Program-made: the position numbers and the translations under genes
In this document: positions 12,980 through 20,459 of the stretch, piece by piece
Layout: every line of letters starts with the position of its first letter
Numbering within the stretch: the first letter of the stretch is position 1
Notes under the pieces: generated by a model
What the model was told of the DNA's origin: nothing
Database searches by the model: none
Seen by the model: the letters and a program-made list of their open reading frames with translations, nothing else
Assembly: GCA_001001795.1 (NCBI GenBank)
Contig: LCLB01000007.1
Coordinates: 1-36,734 of the forward strand
Length of the DNA stretch: 36,734 bases
Direction: 5' to 3'
Source of the DNA: Parcubacteria group bacterium GW2011_GWF1_45_5
Lineage (GTDB): Bacteria > Patescibacteriota > Minisyncoccia > UBA6257 > Brennerbacteraceae

Positions 12980-15558
12980 TACTTTTTGTTTTGATCTTAA
13001 CGCTCATATCTCCGGCGTGCGCATACGGGTACGGTTATGAAACCCACGGCTATCTCACTCAAGAAACCGTGGATTTTTATTTGTCGCGTTCCGGTAGTTC
13101 GTTACAGAATTATTTGATTCCATATTTGGTTGATGGCGCCCGCCGTGAAGACGATTCGCCTCGTTGGTTTAATCACTTTTTTGATCCCGTATATAATCGT
13201 GGGTTCTCGTATGACGAGCGCATTGATCCCTTGTTAAACGTAGGAAATTACCCGAGCTCCAAGCAATGGGCGCAAACAAGCGCCGAACAAAATAAGGCCG
13301 TATATAAAGTCGGAAGCATTATCGCCTCTATTTTGAACTCGTTTCAGCAAAAGAGGTTGAGTTTGACTACCGAATCAGACTTTACATGGAATATTGCTTT
13401 GGATTATTGGGCACAGGGAGATAAAGAGCGTGCCATGTTCGCGCTGGGCCATGTTTTGCATTTGATCCAAGATGCTTCGGTGCCGGATCATACGCGCAAT
13501 GATGCTCATCATGACGGCAGTCCGTACGAGCAATGGACCGGCAAGTTTGTGTTAGAGAGTCCTGATTTTGGTTTGAAACAAAGATTGCAAAACAAGAACG
13601 TGGTTGTTTTTTCTGACTTAAACACGCATTTCAATACAATCGCGAATTACTCGAATAATAATTTTTACAGCAAAAGCACGATTGGAATACAAAGCGGGTA
13701 TCAAAACCCACAATCATCAGGAGTATCCTTGATAAACGGTCAAGTTTTTGGGATGCACGATTTTCTTGACGGTACCCATCCAATTTTTTTCTATCAGAAA
13801 TATAATGGAAGTATCGTTTTATCCCAGAGCAATTTAATCAGTTTAGAGGATCCGTTTGATATAGTCCTTTCTGATTACTGGTCTCGTCTTTCTACAAAAT
13901 CTATTCAGCACGGGGCAGGAGTTTTAGATCTGTTCCTACAAGAAGCAAACAAGCGAGAGGTTTCTTATCAAAATCAATTGCCCTGGTACGAACGCACCCT
14001 GCAATGGGTGAACAACCAGGCGAATTCACTTTTGGGAATAGTGGGTCAACTTGGTATTTTTTATGAATCAGGTAGCCCTATGCCCTCTCCTATTATTGAA
14101 TTCCTTGAACCTACAAACCTTATTCCTACACGCATTCAGCCCGTAATATATCCATCAGTATCACCGTCTCCCGTTGTAAGTCCGCGCGTATTGGGAGCGC
14201 AGGGTATCGGACCCGGCAATAACGGGCCGTTATTCGCGCAAATTGAATCAAGCCCAATACCCTCGCCGGGACCAGATCAAACACCTCCTTTTGAACCATT
14301 GTTATCTCCAACCCCGTCAGAAATACCTTCTCCTACACCTGAACCAACTCTAGTTCCCACGCCCGAGCCGACCCCGGAACCAAGTCCGACGCCCGAGTCG
14401 ACTCCGACACCTGTTCCGAGCCCGACCCCGCAGCCCATTCCTAAGATTCTTGACGCCCGATGGGGAGTTGATCCAGAATCGCCGACCGGGTATTCCGTGG
14501 AATTTCTGTATCAGGACATAGGTCTAATTGACGTGGCTACCCAGTATTATATGGGCAGGTATTACCTTCTCTTTTATCTGAACCACTTTCAAGAATATTC
14601 GTATGGTTTTAATACTAATTTGTGGCAGGATATGTTTTTGGCATCAGTTCACAATGAAGCATTGGTGCGGTTCAAGTACCCGATTTGCGAGTGGGGAGAC
14701 GATCAGGTCAGGGATAATTTCCAGGTGCGCGCCTCCGGAACCTACAACTATTGCGGCAATGATTTCTGGGCGCACCGCTGGGTCTACCGCGCCAACGAAC
14801 TGCCGCACGTGAACAATCCCGGAGCCGGTATCTGGGTTTTGAAACTTCCGATTTATTCCGTTCCCAAGCCATTGGAAGATTTAACCGGTGGAGACTATAT
14901 TACTGCATCCTTGTATTCCGCTGACTATGATGGGTGGCATTGGACCGGGAATTTTGCGCAAATGGATAACCGTCAATGGTATTTTGAAAATACGTACCGT
15001 TCCATTATGCCGACTTCGGCACCAACACCCACTCCGACTCCTTTGCCGACACCGTCCCACAGCGTGGTTATCAATGAAATTGCGTGGATGGGTACCCAAG
15101 CATCGGCCTACGACGAATGGATAGAACTTTATAATGGGACTCAACAGGATATTGATTTGACGAACTGGCAATTGCGTTCGCAATCAGGAGAGCCGGACAT
15201 TACCCTAAGCGGTACTATTGGCGCGAATGGATACTACTTACTGGAACGCACCGATGATACCACGATCAGCGACATTGGGGCGGATTTGATTTACACGGGT
15301 GCCCTGAACAACACGTGCGAAACATTGGAGTTGGTTAATGGCGGCGGTAATATAGTTGATACAATCGGATGTAGCGATAGTGCGTGGTATGCAGGCGATA
15401 ATACAATAAAAACAACCATGGAGCGGGTGCAGTGGGAAGGGGAAGGCGATAGTGCGCTAAACTGGCAAACGAACAACGGCACTACAATAAACGGGCTCGA
15501 TAGCATTAGTAATCCTGTCCAGGGCACTCCGAAAGCCACCAATAGTATTTCTCTATAA
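12958..15558 (+). CDS. secreted multidomain protein: zinc-dependent phospholipase C / S1-P1 nuclease-superfamily-like N-domain, Pro/Thr linkers, unknown middle domain, C-terminal lamin-tail domain (LTD)
   Basis: Signal peptide LILFVLILTLISPACA. The H-x3-QD-x3-PDH motif (GHVLHLIQDASVPDHTRNDAH) is present. C-terminal VVINEIAWMG...DEWIELYN....DLTNWQL...YYLLER...LELVN is the LTD signature. Confidence 0.7.
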   Translation: MENRKYLILFVLILTLISPACAYGYGYETHGYLTQETVDFYLSRSGSSLQNYLIPYLVDGARREDDSPRWFNHFFDPVYNRGFSYDERIDPLLNVGNYPSSKQWAQTSAEQNKAVYKVGSIIASILNSFQQKRLSLTTESDFTWNIALDYWAQGDKERAMFALGHVLHLIQDASVPDHTRNDAHHDGSPYEQWTGKFVLESPDFGLKQRLQNKNVVVFSDLNTHFNTIANYSNNNFYSKSTIGIQSGYQNPQSSGVSLINGQVFGMHDFLDGTHPIFFYQKYNGSIVLSQSNLISLEDPFDIVLSDYWSRLSTKSIQHGAGVLDLFLQEANKREVSYQNQLPWYERTLQWVNNQANSLLGIVGQLGIFYESGSPMPSPIIEFLEPTNLIPTRIQPVIYPSVSPSPVVSPRVLGAQGIGPGNNGPLFAQIESSPIPSPGPDQTPPFEPLLSPTPSEIPSPTPEPTLVPTPEPTPEPSPTPESTPTPVPSPTPQPIPKILDARWGVDPESPTGYSVEFLYQDIGLIDVATQYYMGRYYLLFYLNHFQEYSYGFNTNLWQDMFLASVHNEALVRFKYPICEWGDDQVRDNFQVRASGTYNYCGNDFWAHRWVYRANELPHVNNPGAGIWVLKLPIYSVPKPLEDLTGGDYITASLYSADYDGWHWTGNFAQMDNRQWYFENTYRSIMPTSAPTPTPTPLPTPSHSVVINEIAWMGTQASAYDEWIELYNGTQQDIDLTNWQLRSQSGEPDITLSGTIGANGYYLLERTDDTTISDIGADLIYTGALNNTCETLELVNGGGNIVDTIGCSDSAWYAGDNTIKTTMERVQWEGEGDSALNWQTNNGTTINGLDSISNPVQGTPKATNSISL

Positions 15559-15647
15559 CCGGAAAGAACCGATAGTTATAACCCTATTTCCACCTAATTG
15601 ACACCTCTGTGGATAAGTGTCCTTGTTTTGTTATTCCACTCCCATTG

Positions 15648-15656
15648 TGCTATAAT
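15648..15656 (+). promoter_or_regulatory. extended -10 TGCTATAAT
   Basis: TGnTATAAT 78 nt upstream of the ATG at 15734. Confidence 0.4.
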
Positions 15657-15733
15657 AAATCAATTCAAGCTCGTTATATATATCATCGGTCATCTTTGTC
15701 CCGCTGTTCCGCGGGGCGAGAAAGGAGAATACA

Positions 15734-16300
15734 ATGACCACTCAACATGTCATGGTTCCACGACACTCGTTGTGGAACCACCCGACAGCCATCATCCTTG
15801 TGATGGTGACTGCCCTGTCCTTGGTGGCTGTGATCGTCGCACCGATCGCAGTTGCCAATTCCCGCGTTTTTAATGCGGAGCCGGTGGTCGTTATTCCACC
15901 GATTGTCATTCCGTCGACTGTAACGGTCGCGCCCAGCCCTACGGCTGCGGCACCGACCGAAACGCCGACGGCCACTGTGACTGTCACCCCGACCGAAGTG
16001 GTTCTCCCGGACGTCTGGAACTGTGTCGTTACTCGAGACCTTGTTCCAAGCGGAGGGTACTTCGCCGTTTCAGTCACGGCGAACACGGGAAGACTGTGGC
16101 TGTTGTCGGAGGTTCCCGTGACTGTCAAGTTCGGCGACGGTCACGGTGGATGGCTGTCTGAGTACCAGATTGGTCCCGAGGGCGCTCTCGTTGAGCTCCC
16201 TTCCAGTTTCTTGGAGATCGATGGCGGAGATTATGTCTACGTCATGGACCAGACGGCAACCTTCATCATCTGTTTCCCACCGGATGACTGGGTTCCATAA
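15734..16300 (+). CDS. hypothetical membrane-anchored protein (188 aa; TM, Thr/Pro/Val linker, small C-terminal domain)
   Basis: ATG 7 nt after AAAGGAG. The ORF is GC-rich. TM segment AIILVMVTALSLVAVIVAPIAV. Confidence 0.6.
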   Translation: MTTQHVMVPRHSLWNHPTAIILVMVTALSLVAVIVAPIAVANSRVFNAEPVVVIPPIVIPSTVTVAPSPTAAAPTETPTATVTVTPTEVVLPDVWNCVVTRDLVPSGGYFAVSVTANTGRLWLLSEVPVTVKFGDGHGGWLSEYQIGPEGALVELPSSFLEIDGGDYVYVMDQTATFIICFPPDDWVP

Positions 16301-16306
16301 AGGAGG

Positions 16307-16332
16307 AAAGGTCAAGCTCGCGCTTGACCTTT
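16307..16332 (+). terminator. intrinsic terminator AAAGGTCAAGC-TCGC-GCTTGACCTTT + T-rich tail
   Basis: 11-bp perfect stem checked by hand, 7 nt after the stop at 16300. Confidence 0.75.
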
Positions 16333-16369
16333 TCTATTGTTCTTCTATACTTTTTATATAGATATCTTT

Positions 16370-17485
16370 ATGAAAATGAAATCAAAATTATTTTTACTTT
16401 GTTTCTTCATCACGGTGGCGGCATACGCAGGCATGTATACCGTAGTTCACGCGACACCCGTGATGTGCTATCCGGCCTATAGTGAGATAAAAGAGGGATT
16501 TGTTGCCTGTGGGACAGACGTGCAGATTGGCTCATATTTGATATGCAATACCGTTAGAAAACAGTATCAAACGATTCGATGCAATGGCATATTTATTACC
16601 GATGACGATTTAATCCCTCATAATAGTTCTGGCTTAGACAGATGCCTTACCAGTTGCGTTGCGAATCCCGCAACCGCCTGCACCTGGGTCACTTGTAGGA
16701 ATCGGGAGAACTGCGGAAACGTCACATATAATTTTTATTCTTATCCTTGCTCGTGTAACCCAAAGAGAAACGTTGATAATTGTGTTAATTGGAGTTCCGT
16801 AACCTATGGGAGTATTACTTATCCAACTCTTGCCGCATGTAATGCGGCGTGTCAGGGCTCCCAAACTGTCAATGCATCCTGTACTGCTCTTCCTGCCTCA
16901 GGCACTCCACCAACAATTAAGTATAGGTGCGACTCGGCAACGTGTCAGCGTTTTTTCTGTACCGGGAACGCAGGCCCTGATTCTGATGGATGCTGGGCTC
17001 CGACGTGCACGACTGTTCAGGAATATACTCCTACCTCGGGATCTGATCCAGTCCCTGTACCTGCACCATCTATAGATTCATTTGAGGTAACCAACATACC
17101 GTTTCGTGTATTTTCAGATCAGAACAAGGGGTACTATCTCCTCTTGAAAAACCAGGCAAGCATTTATAACTTAAATATTGTCTGGTCCACCGACTACGCG
17201 TCATCCTGCACCGCGGGGTGTAGCAGCGGATCGTGCAGTAATGATTGGCGCGGAAGTGTGGGAACGAGTGGCTCCAAGAAAGTGAAAAATGTTGCGGTAG
17301 CCGGAGAACACATTTATACCTTGACCTGTTCCGGTGCAGGGGGCAGTAAGACTGCCACCCTACGCGTCATTGTGAAGGCATTTTCCTGGTTTGAGATTAT
17401 CCCTCGGTTAAACTCGGGACTGGTCTCAAGGATATCGTTATTGCCGGCAGTGGAAAATTCGGTGAGCACGGTTTTTTCGCCTTAA
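16370..17485 (+). CDS. secreted cysteine-rich protein with C-terminal Ig-like domain
   Basis: The ATG at 16370 gives MKMKSKLFLLCFFITVAAYAGMYTVVHA, a signal-peptide-like N-terminus. About 24 Cys follow. The C-terminal segment YTLTCSGAGGSKTATLRVIV resembles the YTYTITCWNGSQSATDTVQVVV module in the 21351 protein. Confidence 0.65.
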   Translation: MKMKSKLFLLCFFITVAAYAGMYTVVHATPVMCYPAYSEIKEGFVACGTDVQIGSYLICNTVRKQYQTIRCNGIFITDDDLIPHNSSGLDRCLTSCVANPATACTWVTCRNRENCGNVTYNFYSYPCSCNPKRNVDNCVNWSSVTYGSITYPTLAACNAACQGSQTVNASCTALPASGTPPTIKYRCDSATCQRFFCTGNAGPDSDGCWAPTCTTVQEYTPTSGSDPVPVPAPSIDSFEVTNIPFRVFSDQNKGYYLLLKNQASIYNLNIVWSTDYASSCTAGCSSGSCSNDWRGSVGTSGSKKVKNVAVAGEHIYTLTCSGAGGSKTATLRVIVKAFSWFEIIPRLNSGLVSRISLLPAVENSVSTVFSP

Positions 17486-17595
17486 TTAATCGGATTTATT
17501 CATTAGTCATAAGTCATAATCCCTGTAACAAGGGCTGTGTTTATGCGTTTTTCGATACATTAACATGTATTTGTAAAAGTGTGAAAATTAAATAA

Positions 17596-17615
17596 CTCTT
17601 TTCGTTCCAAAAGAG
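17596..17615 (+). promoter_or_regulatory. 5'UTR hairpin CTCTTTT-CGTTCC-AAAAGAG downstream of a weak extended -10 (TGTGAAAAT, 17580-17588)
   Basis: 7-bp perfect stem starting 8 nt after the putative -10 box. An outer complement GTGTGA/TCACAC lies at 17579-17584/17622-17627. Confidence 0.3.
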
Positions 17616-17644
17616 CATATCTCACACAGAAAGGAGGTGAGAAA

Positions 17645-17849
17645 AATGGACGGCCTGATAGCACATGGTCCTGGAGCGCAGAGCCAGCAGTCCGAACCAG
17701 CGCAACAACCAGAACCATCACAACAGCAGCCTGAACCGGTCCAACAGCAACCCGAACAAGGTGGCTGGGACGACCAGACGGCTTCTGAGCAAGGCAATCT
17801 CGGCGATACTGGAGATGTTAGCAGCGACCAGTATGAGGCGGATCAATAG
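17645..17849 (+). CDS. small acidic Gln/Pro/Glu-rich protein (68 aa)
   Basis: ATG 7 nt after AAAGGAGGTGA. It contains QQPEP-type repeats and no hydrophobic core. Coding status is supported mainly by the strong SD. Confidence 0.45.
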
Positions 17850-17928
17850 CCGGCCATGCCATGGCGTCCGTACACCACCCATACTGGGTGGTGTACTTTC
17901 CCGAAGCAAGGTATGATTTAGTATTACC

Positions 17929-18918
17929 ATGTTTTCATTTAGTTTTATTATTGACCGTGATGTTTGTTTTGCGTATTGGGTGCAGTCATTAATAAAATGG
18001 GGCTGGTATTTTTCGCGGCAGAAAGCCGATTTCTATCTTAAATTCGTTGGTCCGCTCACTCAAAACGAGCAAGATACCCTTGAAGCGTTGAAATTAATAT
18101 TGCAGAAAGATAAGCATGGTTTCTTATGGCTGTGGGCGCGATATGCAGGCGAGCCGATAAAAGACAAAACAGAAGAGTCTCAATGGGGGGCTGTGCAAAC
18201 AGCTTTCAAACAGAAATTTGAGATTGTATGGGATCTGGAATTACCACTTTTGGAATCCTGGAAAAATTTATTACAAGGGGTTCTTCCTGATACACGAAAA
18301 TTCGACCAAGCTTTCAATAAGATCTTTTTGTTTTACTCGGTTATTCCTTTTGATGCCGCATTAGAGGTAAAATTTGCTTCGCATTGGAATTCTGATACAC
18401 CAGTGGCACACGTAAAGCAAGAGTACCCGAGTGCTATTTTGCTCGCACTTAGCCGTACTAAACGCGAAAAACTAGCCACTGTTGTAAATACTATTTTGCA
18501 CGAAGCGTGTCATAAAATAGATTATCAATCTTCGATTTCAGATAAACTCATTAAAGACGCTTGGGAGAGGATTCTATCCCCCTTAAATATAAAGCTGGAA
18601 AGGGACTACAAATGGAAACATCTTTTAAAGGAAACCGTGCTCTACACTATGGCTTCGGGGGGTGTATCCCACAATTATTTAGAACGGATTGCGGCAGAAC
18701 GTATGGGCGAGATATTTAAAATAGAGCAGAAACCTCTAAAAGAAAATGTTAAAAAGGACAACTATGGGGAGTTAATAGCCCTGGCTGCTTCCAGGATCGA
18801 ACCAATGGTGTCCCAATACTTGGATACAGGGAAACAAATGGATAGTACATTGGCAGATGCGGTGGCTCAAGTATGGGGCGAGCTTCTGGGCAGCAGCGGG
18901 GGACAATCAAGGGGGTAA
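17929..18918 (+). CDS. hypothetical protein with HExxH motif (ILHEACHKID)
   Basis: 329-aa ORF with AT-rich codon usage like the housekeeping genes. A single HExxH is the only motif recognised. Confidence 0.6.
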   Translation: MFSFSFIIDRDVCFAYWVQSLIKWGWYFSRQKADFYLKFVGPLTQNEQDTLEALKLILQKDKHGFLWLWARYAGEPIKDKTEESQWGAVQTAFKQKFEIVWDLELPLLESWKNLLQGVLPDTRKFDQAFNKIFLFYSVIPFDAALEVKFASHWNSDTPVAHVKQEYPSAILLALSRTKREKLATVVNTILHEACHKIDYQSSISDKLIKDAWERILSPLNIKLERDYKWKHLLKETVLYTMASGGVSHNYLERIAAERMGEIFKIEQKPLKENVKKDNYGELIALAASRIEPMVSQYLDTGKQMDSTLADAVAQVWGELLGSSGGQSRG

Positions 18919-19073
18919 TGGTTCGGGACGGAGAATATTATGGAAAACTTATTCCGATTCATGGTATCCGCGGTTCAATGGACAGGAAGGTCGTTAGTAA
19001 GATTGGCGAATTGGTGAAATCATTGCAATACCAATTTCCCAGTCTCACTAAGCGGGGCTGTGTTATGATATAA
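18918..19073 (+). CDS. possible small protein (51 aa) translationally coupled by TAATG overlap
   Basis: The ATG overlaps the TAA of the upstream gene (GGGGGTAATG). The product is MVRDGEYYGKLIPIHG... and there is no homology evidence. Confidence 0.3.
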   Translation: MVRDGEYYGKLIPIHGIRGSMDRKVVSKIGELVKSLQYQFPSLTKRGCVMI

Positions 19074-19108
19074 AGAGGGCATTATGGTTTGTTAAAATAC
19101 TATAAATA

Positions 19109-19117
19109 TGGTATAAT
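19109..19117 (+). promoter_or_regulatory. extended -10 TGGTATAAT
   Basis: Ends 8 nt before the ATG at 19126, so the mRNA would be near-leaderless. Confidence 0.4.
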
Positions 19118-19125
19118 ATGAGCGT

Positions 19126-20199
19126 ATGAAAACACCGTTTATATCTTTCATAAAAAACATCAAGGGATTTTTTATGCCGTGCAAGGAAAACGGTTTTTAT
19201 CCGTATTCTTTGCGCACCCAGGCGCTGGTGTTTTACGCGTTGATTATCATTACGATCAAAGTGTTTTCTATCGGATTGGGATTGGTGTTTCCCAAAACGA
19301 ATTTTTTTGCGGACGTGAGCCAGCAACTGGTATTACATTTAACCAATCAGCAACGGCAGAACAACGGGTTGGCGGTTTTGAAAGAAAATCCAACCCTGGA
19401 TAATGCGGCAAAACAAAAGGCAATGGACATGGTTTTGAATAATTATTTCGCTCACGTATCGCCCCAGGGAGTCACGCCGTGGTATTGGTTCAAGAATAGC
19501 GGGTATAGCTACCGGTACGCGGGCGAGAATTTGGCGATTGATTTTTTGGAATCGAGCGACGTGGTTAATGCCTGGATGAATTCACCGGGCCACCGCCAAA
19601 ACATTTTAAACGACAAGTACCAGGAAATCGGAATCGCCGTGGTGCAGGGAAAGGTCGACGGCCAGAATACTACGGTAGTGGTGCAGATGTTCGGCTCCCC
19701 GAAAATCGCAGCGGTTCAGCCAAGCGCAACTCCCATCCCAACCATCAAACCCAGTCCGACTATAAACCCGTCACCGACTCCGGTCGTATCAATTATTCCC
19801 GTACCAAGTCCCGTCATCGCGATACCGTCTTTTCAACCATTATTTACGGTTGAGCCCATTGTTGCCGGAGACATTACCGAACCCAGCCCCGGAGTATCCG
19901 CAAGCCCGACTCCGTACAGTGGACCGGTTATCGGCAGGCCCAGTGCGGTTGCGGGCGCGCAAACGCGCAGCATGACCGCGTGGAATTTTATGATTGATAC
20001 CATGTCCAATCCTTCCTGGATGTATTGGTTGATGCTCGGGTATCTGGGAATCGTGACTGTTTTGGGGATCTTTTCCCGGGTGTACACGCCACAACCAAGC
20101 GCGTTCATGGGAGCTATACTTTTGATTATTTTTGCCGCAACCATGCTCGCCATGCCCGATACCGATCAGTTGCTGCAGTGGAACGTAAGGGTGCTGTAA
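19126..20199 (+). CDS. CAP/SCP/PR-1 domain protein (YkwD-like) with Pro/Thr linker and C-terminal TM segments
   Basis: N-terminal TM. The CAP-domain pattern is NQQR...GL..L..N..L..AA..KA.DM....YFAH.SP.G......F...GY.Y...GENLA......VV.AWMNSPGHR.NIL...Y.EIG. Confidence 0.8.
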   Translation: MKTPFISFIKNIKGFFMPCKENGFYPYSLRTQALVFYALIIITIKVFSIGLGLVFPKTNFFADVSQQLVLHLTNQQRQNNGLAVLKENPTLDNAAKQKAMDMVLNNYFAHVSPQGVTPWYWFKNSGYSYRYAGENLAIDFLESSDVVNAWMNSPGHRQNILNDKYQEIGIAVVQGKVDGQNTTVVVQMFGSPKIAAVQPSATPIPTIKPSPTINPSPTPVVSIIPVPSPVIAIPSFQPLFTVEPIVAGDITEPSPGVSASPTPYSGPVIGRPSAVAGAQTRSMTAWNFMIDTMSNPSWMYWLMLGYLGIVTVLGIFSRVYTPQPSAFMGAILLIIFAATMLAMPDTDQLLQWNVRVL

Positions 20200-20346
20200 A
20201 AACAGAACAATACACCTCTTTGCACCAATAATTCTCGGCTCCAGCGGCCGAGAATTATTTATACTCTCGTCCTGACGAATCGCCACGGGCGATACCAAGC
20301 TCGTCAGGACTGTGAGAATTGCGCAGAAGCGCATTATTCTGTTTTT
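20198..20346. other. structured intergenic element (candidate ncRNA or compound terminator): 10-bp closing helix enclosing three hairpins
   Basis: AAAAACAGAA (20198-20207) pairs with TTCTGTTTTT (20337-20346). Inside are a 13-bp hairpin at 20227-20259, a 10-bp + 5-bp nested hairpin at 20269-20310 and a 5-bp hairpin at 20320-20333. Confidence 0.4.
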
Positions 20347-20459
20347 ACTTTTGGGGTGATACTGATATGGGGTTGCGGAAACTGCGTAAAGGCAATGCTC
20401 AAAATACCTTTTTAGGGATTAACTGAAAAAGGAAACCAGTCGGATAGGAAGTCCGCGGA

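Noticed and set aside
14305-14445. Pro/Thr-rich stretches (also 15010-15055, 15935-15990, 19720-19830 and 10406-10636), considered as tandem DNA repeats or a minisatellite.
   Set aside because: At the DNA level they are degenerate, with no exact repeat unit. They are best explained as low-complexity inter-domain linkers of secreted proteins.
15598-15603. A perfect TTGACA hexamer upstream of the 15734 gene, considered as a -35 element.
   Set aside because: It lies 47 nt from the TATAAT at 15651-15656, far outside the 16-19-nt spacer range. The extended -10 box probably works without it.
15742-16315. Minus-strand ORFs 15742-16128 and 16070-16315, and the plus-strand ORF 15598-15873.
   Set aside because: The same GC-driven artefact, overlapping the SD-preceded 15734-16300 gene. 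ORF 15598-15873 would also read through the TGCTATAAT promoter box.
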